From Felis catus (taxonomy: Eukaryota), in the NCBI RefSeq assembly GCF_018350175.1, contig NC_058369.1, positions 24,988,001-25,052,000 on the forward strand: a DNA stretch of 64,000 nt. The letters run 5' to 3'. Under the pieces are notes generated by a model. It was not told the DNA's origin. It searched no databases and saw only the letters and a program-made list of their open reading frames with translations. A program made the position numbers and the translations under genes. Shown one piece after another: positions 1-13,618 of this stretch. The first letter of the stretch is position 1, and the number at the start of each line of letters is the position of its first letter.

Positions 1-2112
1 ATCATGAAGTGGAACATTAATTATTTGCAGGTCATTTGCAACTTATTTGTCCTGGTACCAGAGACTATGATGATGAGGGCCAAGGATTCAAGTCTATATA
101 ATATGATTAAAAGAATATCAAACAAGAGTTAGGAAACCTAGGTTCAAATCTTAGCCCTGGACTCCTACACTGACTTTGGTCAAGTCCTATGACTTCTTGG
201 CTCACTAGTTTCCCCTCCTGGTAAAAGAAAGAAAGAAGGTGAATGGCCACTCAGACCCTGACAATTGTAAATCCCAAGTGCTAAAGTCACCACAGACATA
301 ATCTCACAGCCAGACAACTGCAGGTCACACAAGTGTGCCTCTCCACCTTCCAGTCTTCAACATCTTCAACTGTTGGAACAATCAAACAAGTTACTCAATC
401 TTTCAGAGCCTCAGAGCCTTCATCTGCAATTAGGACATAATAGCACCAACTTCAAAGGGTGGAGGTAAAGATTAGAGAGAATCCAGGTAAGAGGCTAACA
501 CATAGTAGTAATTTTATAAACAGTAGCTAGGTTTATTATGGTCCCAAAGAGAGCTGGGAGGCAAGTCTGGAAGAGGAAAGAATCTCCTTAAAGCCCGGGA
601 ACCAACCAACCAGCCAGTTGAAAACACATAATTCAAACAAAGCTGTTTAAATAATTTCTAAGAGGAGAGTACACGTTTGCCACATCCACAGCTCAAAATT
701 TCCACATTGCATTCTCTTTCCAAAAAATGGAGTAACACAGACAGATGTCAGTTAACTTCCGACAGAACAAAAAGGAACCACTGTGATCTGGTGAGTTCAC
801 ATGTGAGTGCTAAAATACTAGAAAATAATTTGCTTTACACCAGACTGTGACAAGGATGTGACATGTATCATCTTACAGAGTCCTCACAACCTGCTGAAGA
901 GGGTACTTTCTCTGTTTTATAGATGATGGTATAGAGGTTCAGAAAGGCTAAGTAACTTGCTCAAGGTCACACAGCTACTAAATATCCACACCAGAACTTA
1001 GTCTTCTCAGGACACTAGTGGTCTTCACCCCACAGCTGCATCCCCTCCCCAAGGATGGACTGTTGTTGGCTTCAGTGTGCCGTTAGGCCATAGAGCAGCA
1101 ATCCTTGTCCCCAGCATGGACAGGTGGCTTTATAGGCAGCACACGTGTGCAGGCTTAAGAAACCTTTCAGTCCCTGTTCACCCACAGACTCACAGCAGCT
1201 GCGGACAAATTATTTGACTTTCCTGGGTCCCGTTTTGATCAAACCGAATGTAATGGATTAGAGTTTTTCAATCCAAGTCTCTTGGAACATTGACCGCTTA
1301 CATTTTATACCTAGGGAGTTAGGGCAAAGGAGCCCAGACATGAGTGGTGCTCTGTCTGATTTCCTGGGTGGGGGAAGGAGTGGAATACATCTGTCAGCAA
1401 ACCAGAACTGGGTGGCTCCACAGTTTCCTTTCATCGTGAAGATAATGAAATTCTACTGAATGTTACGTGATAGGGAAAGAGAAAGGGGAAGAGAGAGACT
1501 TTCAGGAATCAGGGGGGCTGGGGTGGCAGGAGGTTCATTTGAAACTGTTTACATAGTAACCACAATGAGCATACTTAGGTCTTAAGCTTACTCAGGGCGC
1601 TTTGGAGGTGGGGAGCTACTGGAGGTAATGGGAGGGAAGCTACATCCTTCCTCTTGAACCGACCACCATGGCACACAGCAGGCACTCAGTAGACGCTGGC
1701 AGAATTGAATTCAAATGAACACAGACTTGGATCAAACTGATAGAAGTTGAGCTGCTGCAGATGAAGGACTGCGTCAAAAAATGCTAACAATTTCTTTCCC
1801 TTGTTCCTAGCCACCCACTCCACCGTAAGCCAGTTTCAATCTCAAGATCAGTTCTTGTCCGTGTGAATGAGCGCACCTCTTCCCGCGGGATAACTGCAGG
1901 GGAGCCCTCCCTCTGCCTCTATCCCACGTTCTTGGAACCTGAACAAAGGTGAGCTGTCTGGGAGCGAAAAAATTCTTCTTGTTTTCATTTGTGTCCTTGC
2001 CCAGGGCAGTGACAAATACTGTTTCATAAGTTTCCAACTTACTTTAGAGCTCAAAGTGCTTTCACAAGAAAGACAAGAGAGGAAAGAAGGGAAGAGAATT
2101 TAAAATAAAAAA

Positions 2113-2270
2113 AATATATATATATATATAATTATATATATATTTATATATAATTTATACATATTAAGATATTTATATATAATTATATATATTTATATAT
2201 AATTTTTACATATAATATATATTTATATATATAACTTATATATTGATATATTTATATTTATATAATTTTA
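2113..2270. repeat. Degenerate (TA)n AT-rich low-complexity tract
   Basis: About 160 nt almost purely A/T, built from tatatata/tttatatat units. Confidence 0.9.
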
Positions 2271-2790
2271 TTCAAGTAGCAGAGTCTTTTCTTCCCAGGA
2301 AAGGTGACAGTGTGCTACAGTCAGACCTAGAGATACCTGGAGATACTCTGGAGATACCAGGAGTAGCTGGTAACTCAAGGAGTTCCTTTTGTACATTTAT
2401 TCTAAAAACAAAATTTCAGAGTAAGCTCAGGTCTTCTGATTTCCAGCTGATGTTTCTCCCATGAAATCAAGTTGCCTCACGAGCCATGTTCCCATGCCAC
2501 AAAAAAGGCTGGCACGTAATAGGTGCTCTGTTAATATTTGTTGAATAAATTAAAGAACAAAGGACAGAAAAAGTCTCAGAAGATAAGTACGGAAGGCCTC
2601 CAACATGAGTGGAGGGATTGGCTGACATTTAAAAAGTCTTGGGTACCTTTGAACTCAGGTCTGGAATAGCCCCTCCCTATACTTCTCTGCCTTTCAGACG
2701 TCACCAGATATTCAAATCCTAGACCAAGGTTTTCTTCTCAGAAGCCCTCCCAGATCAACCCAGCCCACAGGGTTCCTTCTTTGGATTTCT

Positions 2791-3024
2791 TTCTTTCTTT
2801 CTTTTTTAAGTTTATTTATTTTGAGAGAGAGAGAGTGCATGCAAGTGGGTGGGGAAGGGGGTGGAGAAGGAGCAGAGAGAGAGAAAGAGAGACTCTAAGC
2901 AGGCTCCACACGGTCAGCAGTGTGGAGCCCAATATGGGTTTCAAACCCACAAACCACGAGTTCATGACCTGAGCCCAAATCAAGAGTCAGACATTTAACT
3001 GACTGAGCCACCCAAGTGCACCCC
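2791..3024 (-). mobile_element. Can-SINE
   Basis: tRNA-like head, (CT)n and A-tail on the minus strand; TSD ttcttt(g/a)gatttct. Confidence 0.9.
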
Positions 3025-3399
3025 TTCTTTAGATTTCTAACAACCCTCATTACTACCACTTATTAACCATGTTCTGTCAGGTGGCAACTTCTGAAATTAC
3101 TTAACCGTCTATAGCCTTACAGGTACCTTTTCTGATGATCTCTTCACCTAGAACTGGAGGGTAGGGCCTGGCCTGCCCACACCTACCTCTGGATCTGTTT
3201 TTAGGGCACTAGAACAATGAAAGAATGACTTCCAGAACAATGAGTTGCTACAACTTGAGTATTTTTAAGCTAATATAATCACCAGTTCCTATATTAAACT
3301 TCTTCCAACTAGTTTAATGGTCAACAGAATCTTTGAGCTGTTCTAGTGCCAGGGAGGCCAGTAAAAACTGCATAAGACTCTACTGAGGGAAAGACTGTA

Positions 3400-4090
3400 A
3401 GGGGGTACTGTCCCCTCAAAATACCCCATTAAAATTAAGGAAGGTATTTATCAAACCTCCAGATCCACCTACCTACCAGTTTACTGAAAACAGAAGGGAA
3501 AAAAAAAGTTAAGCTGCACTATGAGAAAGCCATCACCAAAACCAGGACAAAAAACATTCCACAAGACAAATGATCTGATTTCTCCAACAAATCATGGCGG
3601 GAAAAGCTGGGAGGGGGAAGTTTTACAGAGTAACGATCATAAGAAACAGGTGAACCATGTTGGGATCCTGATTCAAACAGGCCCTCTTTGATTAAGAGTC
3701 ACATACTCTATCTACTGAGCCAGCCAGGCACCCCTCCCCCCCCCCCCAAACGGATCTCTCTGAGACAAATTAACAAGAATTCCTTCATTATCACTGAAGA
3801 AGATGCAGTCCAAAGGCAAATTTGAATGTGGGGAAATCTGACTTTGGACCGAATATTAGATGATGTGAAGGAATTCTTGTTAGTCTTGTTAAGTGGGATG
3901 AGGCTTGGGGATTATGTTAAAAGAAAAAAAGTCCTTATCAGGTAGAGGCATACACCAAAGTTCTGACAACTGAAATGACACGATGCTGAAAACGTGGTGC
4001 GGAGAGACTGGGAAGAGGTTAGCCATTGTTGATTCTGGATGCTGGGTGAGTAGAGGCGCTAATTATACCATTCTCTCTACTTTTCTAATG
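3400..4090 (+). mobile_element. Old L1M (L1MC/ME-like) 3' fragment containing a short SINE-head remnant (~3690-3734, minus)
   Basis: Typical L1M 3'UTR motifs (gggatcctgattcaaaca, tattagatgatgtgaaggaattcttg, taccattctctctactttt). Confidence 0.55.
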
Positions 4091-6944
4091 TGGGCAGATC
4101 ACAAGGTGTTGTGTCTAACACACTAAATTGCCCAACTTAGCAAATGATAGTTTCCAGTGCTGATGAAGGTATAGTGAAATGGCATACTTGGAATTGTGGG
4201 TGACAGTGGAAATGACCATGATATCGAGAGATATCAACATCCACCAAGAGCAATATAAATATGCAGATGTCTCAGCCCAGTTTTCCTACATGTGTTAATT
4301 TACCAAATGAAAATAACGCAAAAGAAAATACTTTCAGTGCATTGTCATTTAATAGTGACTAAGGAGGGATAATAAGACTAGCTATTGAATATGGAGAATG
4401 TACTATGTGCCGGGAACCATACTAAATGCTTTATATACATCAAAACAACCCTTTGAGGAAAGTATCATTATTCTCCTGGCTAGTCTCCAAGATGGCACAG
4501 CTAAGAAATGGCAGAACAGGAAATCGGGTCAGGTTGGCTCCAGGGCCCACATTTTCTAGTCCTGTGCTAAGTTGCCCTGAAATCCAAGTGTTGGACAACA
4601 GGGCATGTTTAATTAAATTACAGGACATCCAGTGTAAGCAGTAGGAAGTTACTAATGAAGTCAAGCAACACAAAAAATGCTAAGCTAAAAAAAAAGCAAG
4701 GGTGAAAGCCATTTATTAGAGCACCTACATAGTATGTATACATGTGGAAAGGCTGGCAGGGAAAACACACACAATAGAAATCATGGTTGTATCAATTATG
4801 CACCGTGTGGTGTGGTTATGTTCTTTTATAATGAAAACATTGCAGGGGAGAACAGTGAACCTAGGTGGGTAATAACTACAGGTAGAACCAAGGCATTTGG
4901 TAAATGGTGTTGCCATAAATATTGTAAACCATCAGTTTCTTCAAATCAGTTTTTTTTTTTTTTGTTTCTTCTTTGGAAGCCTACCAAAAGTAAAGGAAGA
5001 AATATTTCTCTCCTCCCTCAAATATTTTTCCAATGACCTCTGCTAGGAATTCACCTACTTTGATCAGGAAGCAAGAATCATCCCATAGTTTCCCCTTGCA
5101 GCAGATGCTGAGTAAAATGTTACAGTATAAGACGGATGTCTTAAACATATCACAAGAGAAAAAAAGAAAAGACAGCTTAAATGAATTTATAAAGGATTGT
5201 TTTACGATCGAGGTTCCCTCTGAGTCTTGTGAAATCCTCTCACAGGTCATTTGTTATTAGCAAAGCACCAGAAGGCAGGAGATGCACTTCTTATCAGAGT
5301 CCAGTCCAGGCACATCCCAACTGCATCTAAGGGACTGCTAATCACCTCAGAATCCCATGCCACGGCTCAGCATCCTGGACTCATTCTCCTCCTCCCCCTC
5401 ACCTTCCCTGGACAGACATATCCGACCAGCTCCCAGGGACAAGTTCACTGTGAGATTATGTATGTGGAAATGCTCTGGAATCTATAATAGCTCTACAGAT
5501 GGGAGGTTATTCTGATTAAAAACCTGATACGTGCCCTTGTGTGTTTCTTCCGCCATAAATGAATTCCAGATATGTCCCTTGGGGAGGAGAAAGAACAACT
5601 AACTAGTTCTCAGGTTATTTTAACGGCCAGAATCAGGGTTGCCATAAATAATCAACCTTTTATGATGAAGCTTCTGCAGCTGCCAGGGGGATCATTATCA
5701 CCTGAAAAAGGCACTAATCTGTGAGCCAAGCCACGTGACTAGGTGTGATTCTATGTGGTATTCGTCAGTACCTGTCACCAAGATAACAGCTTAATCTTGA
5801 ATGGAGGAGGCAAGCATATTTTAGAGAAAGGCCTGCAAGAGATTCCCCTTTAAAGAGCTAAACAAAGAGAAAAGATCTCGGGGAAAAGAATGAAAACAAA
5901 ACGGGCCAGACAGCCAGCTGGAAGAGAAGACTGAGCTAAAGCCACCGACCCTTCAGGGAGTTAGCACAACTTTTGTGGGAGATTATGGAAAAGCTACTGT
6001 TTCAAAGCCTCTGGACATCAGAGGAAAAAACACAAAGGAGAGTTTGCCGAACAGAGAGCTTTAAACAATTCAAGTTCAAACAAACAGAATTCCAGGAATT
6101 AGGAACAGAGGAAATTGCAAGGTGCTTTGCAAACCATTGCAAAGAAAAGGATGTTTAACTATTGAATGTCAGTGATAAAAATAAAGATCTTGTGGTGGTG
6201 GCGTTTATTTTGGAGGGGGAGGGGTGAGGTCAAGAAATAATAATAGTAATTGTAATTGTGATAATCAATGATTATATGACTGGCAGCTGGCCTTTTCTGA
6301 GCATTTCTTAGGGGCAACACTGTGCTGAGCACTTTGTAAACTTCATCTCTTTTAATCCCCACGACAGCCCTGTGAGCTCAGGCCTAACTCATGATCCCTT
6401 CGGAGATGAGGACTTGAGGCTCAGACAGGCTCCACAACGTCTTTGAGGTCACAGTGGCAGGACTGTGATTCAAATCCAGATTTGCTTAAAAACTCAGCCT
6501 TTGAACCATTTACACACAGGTATATAATTACCAGATCTCACACACCAGACTATTTTTAAAGATTATTGACAATTATAAAATTCAGAGCTGATGGCCACCT
6601 TGGTCAATGTCCTGGCTACTTGCCTTCCTTCTTAAAATGAAAAGAAAGAAATACTATTCAGTTCATTTTAGCAATTGCAAATGTTTTCTGGGAAATGTGG
6701 GAGGAAAGCAATTGGAGAAATCTGGGAAATTTTTCTTTATTTGCGGTCTATCATTATTAAGAGCTAATTATATACCAGGATTCTCAGAGTAGAACACATT
6801 AGCAGCATCACTGTTCAAAGATTCTTCTAACAACCCAGTGTTCACCTATAAAAAGGGAATGAAACCTCGTGAGGTTGACAAGGTCAGGGTTACACAGCTA
6901 GCTAATTGCTGAGCACTGTTAGGAACCCATATGCTAGAATCCAG

Positions 6945-7125
6945 CAGCCTGAGTCTGAATCCTGATTCTACTACTCATTGCTCTGGGATCCTGCGTGAGT
7001 AAATCTTTCTGAGCCTCAGTTTTCTTACCTATAAAATGGGGATGAAAACAGTTCATAGGGCTATTGTGAGGACTGAATGAGATAATGCATGGGAGGCCTA
7101 AGGGACAGCCAACAAAGTAGCCAGA
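6945..7125 (+). mobile_element. MIR, representative of about 20 MIR fragments in the window (e.g. ~120-220, 390-530, 880-1000, 4370-4560, 6290-6510, 10520-10745, 10930-11060, 31440-31650, 33610-33820, 44890-45000, 60930-61040, 61440-61630)
   Basis: MIR core ctgagcctcagttttcttacctataaaatggggatgaaaacag...ttgtgaggactgaatgagataatgcat. Confidence 0.8.
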
Positions 7126-7639
7126 TGGCTTCATTTACAAAGACCCCTGCACTTCATGCCATGTTCTTCACAATGCGTACAAATTCAGGTGTGGGATGAG
7201 TAAATGTCATTTGCAAAAGCACCAAATTAAGAATCTTGCCCAATTCAAGACCTTGTTCTTCCCCCAAGCCATAGTCAGCGGTGGGGAAAGGGACACACTC
7301 TTTCTGTAGTTCTCTTCTGCTGGGTTTTGGTATTTAGTAAACATTGATGACACAATGGTAGCTTTCCCAACAAATTCCATTAGAATCTCAGAAACCCATC
7401 GTCAGTAATAGACAGGTGGCAATGTTTTTTGTTTGTTTAGTTTTATTTTGTCACGCTGGTGAGAAGTGGCAAAAGCTATTGCTCTCGATTATCACATGAC
7501 AGCAACCCAGGAAGCCTTCATTTTTATGGGTTTAACCAGGTCCTACTGTTCCAGTCATGACTTTTCATTGTTTATGTTGTTGGCACCTGAAGTCAATTCT
7601 TCAAGGGCTCTGAGGACAGAAGGCTTATGCTGTGGGGCA

Positions 7640-8385
7640 ATCTGGGGCTTTGACTCACTGAGCATCAGTTCCTCCCTTTTCTTTCATTTTCTCTGGGGAA
7701 ATTGCCCCCCTCTCAGTGTTTGTGGTTTTTTTTTTCTACGTTTATTTATTTTTGGGACAGAGAGAGACAGAGCATGAACAGGGGAGGGGCAGAGAGAGAG
7801 AGGGAGACACAGAATCGGAAACAGGCTCCAGGCTCTGAGCCATCAGCCCAGAGCCCGACGCGGGGCTCGAACCCACGGACCGCGAGATCGTGACTTGGCT
7901 GAAGTCGGACGCTCAACCGACTGCGCCACCCAGGCGCCCCTCAGTGTTTGTGGTTTTAATGAGACTGAGCCCACTGTCAGTCCCCTCGGGAATATGTATG
8001 ACTCAGGACAGGCCAATCAGCAGCCCCTTCTTTCTGATCACAGTGATTGGTCCAGGAAAGGCATGAGACCCAGTCCTGGGATTTCTGCAGGAAGAACTGG
8101 GCAAGAAAGTACCTGTAAATGAGAAGGGGGTAAGCTTAGAGATGTTGGTGGCTATATTTCCACCAGGAGAGAAGAACATAACTGAGAATGGAGGCAACAC
8201 AGAGAAATATAAGCTGAGAGGTGGAGAGAGAAATTTCTGAGGAAAATTCGCACTTAGATCCAGCCATGCCTGCAGCCATAACTACTGGACTTTTCTGTTA
8301 CATCAGCATAAATTCCTTTTCTACTTAAAGGAGTTTCAGTTGTGTTTCTGTCACTCGGAACTGGAAGAGTTTTTATTCAAATGCA
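7640..8385 (+). mobile_element. Old ERVL/MaLR-type solo LTR interrupted by a young SINE
   Basis: ggccaatcag motif; 3' end ...taaattccttttctacttaaag...tttctgtcact...; family uncertain. Confidence 0.5.
7730..7940 (-). mobile_element. Young feline Can-SINE (SINEC_Fc type)
   Basis: CpG-rich, near consensus; perfect 17-bp TSD tcagtgtttgtggtttt (7713-7729 and 7941-7957). Confidence 0.95.
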
Positions 8386-8859
8386 TACAAAAAGGTCTTT
8401 ACCATATAAATGAGAATAGCACTTGCCTTCTTTCTCCCATGTATTGTTCAGGATTTATATTACATATCTAAGTCTTGCTTCCCTCAGTAAGATTGTAAGT
8501 TTCCTGAAGCCAGGAGACAAGTGTGACAACCCACTGATAAACTATCACATTTTGCCAAAACCAAGCCTAGGATGGCCGTGGAATCATTTTATAACAACAT
8601 CAAAGATAAAAAAGCAGGAAAATGTTAAGGAGGTTTTTTACAGGTGAAGTTTTAGAAACTGATGGCATGAGGAGTCAGAGGTCTCATAAGTGTCCGAAGC
8701 TGCCTCCAGAAGTTTTATTTGTATGATTGTTATCTCCTGAGCCTCCCACTACCCTGCACTTGACCATCTCAGTGGACAGGAAAACCCTTACTTAAGCTTC
8801 AGGCTAGAGTCCTAATTAGAGCGTAACAGTTTCCTACTTATCACTTGTAACATTAATAA

Positions 8860-8918
8860 ACATTCACTCACTCACTCACTCACTTATAGACAGAGTGTGT
8901 GAGTGGGGGCAGGGCAGA

Positions 8919-8974
<56 letters not shown>

Positions 8975-9545
8975 CCCAAGCAGGCTCCACACCACCAGCA
9001 CAGAGCCCAACATGGGGCTGAATCCATGAACCGTGAGATCACGAGCTGAAATCAAGAGTTGGACACTTAGGGGCACCTGGGTGGCTCAGTTGGTTAAGCC
9101 TCAGACTTAGGCTCAGGTCATAATCTCACAGTTCATGGGTTCAAGCCCCCCATCTGGCTCTGTGTTGTCAGCTGGGAGAGTGGAGCCTGCTTCGGATTCT
9201 GTGTCTCCCTCTCCCTGTGCCCCTACCTTGCTTGTGCTCTGTCTGTCTCTCTCTCTCAAAAATGAATAAACATTTGGGGCTATTGGGTGGCTCAGTTGGT
9301 TAAGTGTCCAACTTTGGCTCAGGTCATGTCTCTCAGTTCATGAGTTTGAGCCCCGTGTCGGGTTCTGTGCTGATAGCTTGGAGCCTGGAGCCTGTTTCAG
9401 ATTCTGTGTCTCCCTCTCTCTTTGTCCCTCTTCAACTCGCACTCTCTGTCTCTCATAAATAAACAAACATTTAAAAAAATGAATAAACATTAAAAAATGT
9501 TTAAAAGAGTTGGATGCTTAACTGACTGAGCCACCCAGGTACCCC
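8860..9545. mobile_element. Three nested Can-SINEs: a minus-strand host, a plus SINE starting at 9070, and a second plus SINE at 9276-9474 inside its tail
   Basis: TSDs aagagttgga(ca/tg)ctta (9054-9069 and 9505-9520) and aaaaatgaataaacatt (9258-9274 and 9475-9491). Confidence 0.9.
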
Positions 9546-9561
9546 AAACCTACTTTTAGTC

Positions 9562-9765
9562 TTTTCTCTTTTTTAACATTTATTTATTTTTGAGAGAGAG
9601 ACAGAGTGTGACCAGGGGAGGGACAGAAAGAGAGGAAGACACAGAATCTGAAGCAGGCTCCAGGCTGTCAGCACAGAGCCTGACACGGGGCTCAAACTCA
9701 TAAACCACGAGATCATGACCTAGGCCGAAGTCGGATGCTTAACCAGCTGAGCCACCAGGTGCCCC
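9562..9765 (-). mobile_element. Can-SINE
   Basis: SINE body; TSD aacctactttta(g/t)tc. Confidence 0.9.
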
Positions 9766-10215
9766 AACCTACTTTTATTCTTAAAGAAAGATACACTACT
9801 CTAGATACTCTTCATGCACAAATGCTGACCACATTTGGGTAGGGTAATTTGTTTCAAAGGGTTTTTTTAAAAAAAATTTAAACCTGTATTTCACATAGTA
9901 CACCAGGATAAACTTCAAATGGATCAAAGATTTAAATGCAAATGTAAAAGCATTACAGTGCTAGAAGAAGTTGAGCAAATTCCTTGACGCAGGGAAGACT
10001 CTTGTATAACTCAACATCCAGAAGAAAAAAAAAACACTAATAGATCTTTTTATCATAAAATATAATAAAAAACCCTTCTATGTGCAAACAAAATGACAAG
10101 AATATCATAAGCAAAGTCAAAAGGAAAACTGGGAAAGTATATTTGTAACTCATATCAGAAAGCTCTAATCTGCACAATATATAAGACCTCCTAGGAATCA
10201 AGAAGTGAAAGGACC

Positions 10216-10414
10216 AGGGCGCCAGCATGGCTCAGTTGGTTAAGCATCCAACTCTTGATCTTGGTTCAGGTCATGATCTCACAGTTTGTGAATTGAGCCC
10301 CGTGTCGGGCTCTGCGCTGAGAGTGTGGACCCTGCTTGGGATTCTGTCTCTCCCTCTCTCCCTCTCTGTGCCCCTCTTACTTTCTCTCTCTCTTTCTCAA
10401 AAAAAATAAATAAA
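10216..10414 (+). mobile_element. Can-SINE
   Basis: SINE body; TSD aagaagtgaa(a)ggac. Confidence 0.9.
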
Positions 10415-12419
10415 AAGAAGTGAAGGACAACAACTGTTTCTGTATGACTGTGTGTCTGATTAGTGTGAAAACATTCATGAGGAGCACAGCCACTTATTAT
10501 GCATGAGTGTTTTAAGGGCTAGTAGAGTGAGTTAAGGACTTGGTAATTCAGGTTCAAATTTCAGTCCTGCCACTTTCTAGTCTGTGACTTGGGTGAGCTA
10601 TTTCACTCTGTATGAGCCTCATTTTTCTCATCTGTAATATGAGGATTATAACAGGATCCACCGTGCAGTGCCATTACAAGGACCAAACACATGTGAATGT
10701 ACTGGGTGACCGTCACAGAATGAGTGCTCAATAAATGTGTGCTGTTAGTATTCAAGTAGAGATTTTAAAATTACGAACATAGAAAAAACCGTAACCTAAC
10801 CTTGAGATCTTGCAGATATTCAGGAGTAAGGACCATGTAAAGTAATAAAACAAGCATCTATTCTGTCTATAAATTAGTAAGATCCTGTCTTACAAATATG
10901 GTTGTGTTTGCAAGAGCCATCAATATACATATTACTATTCCCCTTTTACAGATGAGGAGACTGAGACTCAGAGGGGCTAAGTGACTTGTTTCAGGTGGCA
11001 GCTACTAAGTGATAAAACTAAGATTTAACTCCAGTTATGACTGGCTTTGAAAACTGGGTGGGTTTTTTTTTGTTTGTTTTGTTTTGTTTTTTGCTATGCC
11101 ATTCTGTCTCTCTGTAATTTAAAGCTAAGAAATAAGTCATCCAACTAAGCAGTTGCAGGAAAAGCTATCCAGAGTCACCAAAGTTCTAAAAATCCCAGCC
11201 CTCGGGTAGAGGGGCTCTGGGACTCTGGCCCAGAAGTAAAACTTGCTATCTATAGAGTCTTCTGAGTGGGAGGGAGAAGGATCTGGATTTTAGCAGATGT
11301 TACCACATATTACTACTGATCTTCCTTTGTATTGCTCAGAAGACAGAAACGTTAAAGAGATCCGTGGTTGTGGGTGGAGGGGAACGCTTACCACTATCTC
11401 TTTGGGACAGACTTTCACATGGCACAATTTTTATATGGCACATTTTGTCTGGGCTCCAGGTGAGTATACAACTGGGGGCTTTTCTCCAGCAGCCTGCCTG
11501 TCTGATGCATGACTGGGACAATAATGCCCCATATTTGGCCCAGATTGTTCAAAATCCATAGCCGGAATAGTCATGAAGCTCTCGCTATCCCTGAGGGCCC
11601 TACAGCTGAAACAAGGGCCTGCCTAAGATGGAGAAAGGAGATCCCCTTACCCAGCCTCCCTTTAAGATGTAATAATGTCTTCTGAATGACGAGCCTGCCA
11701 ATCCCACACCGACATGGTTTTTCAGAACAGGCACAGAACTCCAACACTCTCTTCTGTGGAAATCCCAGTACACATTCTTGTTGCCTTTACATCTTTGGAA
11801 TGCTGATTTAAAAGCCTGCAGCTAAAATGTTCTAACAAACAGTGGGGCTGTCTTAGTTCTCTGAAACTGCAGTATTTCAGAGAAATGAGAGAGCATTTCA
11901 GAGAAAGGAGAGAGCCTTCCCGTCAGCCTTATCTATCAATGGGCTACATAAAGAAGGATTTGTTTTTGACCTCTAAGGATGATATCCACAGAATGTGAAG
12001 ATTTTAGCAACATTCACCAAATCTACCAAATCTAGGACCATCTACCAGCCCCCAAATAATAACAACAGGGTTTAGGGTTTACTATCTGCCAAGCACATTA
12101 TGGTATTTTCCAATGTCCCATAAGAAAGGTGCTGTGATCCCCGCATTTTACAGAGAGGGTAACTGAGACGCAGAACGGATGTATAATTTGTTCATGGCAC
12201 AGCTGGGGCTTGAACCCAAGTGGTGTGTCTTGAGTCTATACTCTTAACCATAATGCTACCCTATAGCTCAAGATGATAATGGTGGAGGAGGTGGTGGTTG
12301 GTGGGGATGGTGCCAGTGGTCCTGGTGGTGCTAATGATAGTGATGATGACAATCTTATGTCCTTGGCCCCATGCTAAACATTCCCCCTACACTATCACAT
12401 TAAATCTGATCTTCCAGCA

Positions 12420-13130
12420 AGTTCAATTAGCTTCACTGCCTCCATCTATTACTTCCCACCTTGCCTGCCACGGTCCCAGCCCAAGCTGCCTTCATCTCTC
12501 ACCTGGACTATGCAATAGTCTGCTAACTGTTCTCCCTGCTGCAAACCTTGTCTATACAATCTCACCACATTACAGCTGCCAGAAGGATCATTTGAATACT
12601 CATATCACAGTGCTAACCCTCCAGTGGTTTCCACTGCACTTAGACTGAGATCCCAATTCTTTGCCACAACTGATGAGGCCCCATGAGATCTGGCCCTGTT
12701 GACCTGTCAGACCTCATCCTCCTGCTTCTCTCCTCACCCACAAGGCTGTAGCACAGCCTCCTTTCCTTCCTGACCACAGCAGTCTCATTGCCAGGCCAGG
12801 ATGTTTGAACCGGCTGTTTCCTCTGCCCCCAAATCTCTGTAGGATCGCCTCTTTTTTTTTTTTTTTTGTCACTGAGGCATCAGCTCAAAAGACTCCTCCT
12901 TAGAGGGGACTTCTCTCAACACTTAGCTGTAATAGATTCATAACCCCCATTTCTCTCCCTGTCCTCCTGCCCAGCCACCTCAAGCCCAGCTGTATCTTCG
13001 TTAGTTTACTGTTATATACCATCTGGGTTACCACTCTGTCCTTCACGTTTGCTGTTATATCACCCGCACCTCAAACAGTGCTTGGCACTGAATGGAGACC
13101 AATAAATATTTACTGATAAAATGACTGAGT
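12420..13130 (+). mobile_element. LINE-2 3' fragment
   Basis: L2 motifs (tctcacctggactatgcaatagtctgctaact, aaacagtgcttggcact...aataaatatttactga). Confidence 0.75.
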
Positions 13131-13413
13131 TATCTCATTTATATACTCCTCTCAAGAACACTGCTTAAGAAATGAGGCTTTGTAACCTCCAATGACACAC
13201 CCAAGGCTGTACGTCTAGTAAATGGCATCTAACTCCAGAGTCCATACTCTTAACCCCCAGGCAACAACTGGCTCTGTGACCCTGACTTTTCCTCCCATTT
13301 CTCTGCATTTCAGTGTCATCCTCACTTTGAGATAAGAAGATAGGAAGATCTTGTCTCTTAACTACCTTCTAAGGGTATTTGAAGTCAAGAACCCATGTGC
13401 CTAACCACTAGAC

Positions 13414-13618
13414 CAGAAGTTGGCAAAGTTTCCTGTAAAGGGCAGATAATAATTCTTTTAGGCTTTGTGGGCCATGTGGTCTCTGTTGCAGCTACTCAAT
13501 TCTGTTCATGCAATACAAAAACACAAACAATAAATAAAAGTGTGCTTGTGTTTCAATAAAACTTTATTTATAAAAAACAGACAGTAGGCCAGATTTGGCT
13601 GTAGTTTGATGATACCTG
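13414..13618. mobile_element. hAT-Charlie MITE (MER58A-like)
   Basis: cag...cctg termini; ctgtaaagggc...ggctttgtgggcca core; 8-bp TSD cactagac/cactaggc. Confidence 0.8.

Noticed and set aside
5059..5139. Possible 81-nt in-frame minus-strand exon (TSVLYCNILLSICCKGKLWDDSCFLIK)
   Set aside because: Weak donor (AAA|gtaggt), AAG acceptor and unrecognised peptide; consistent with chance
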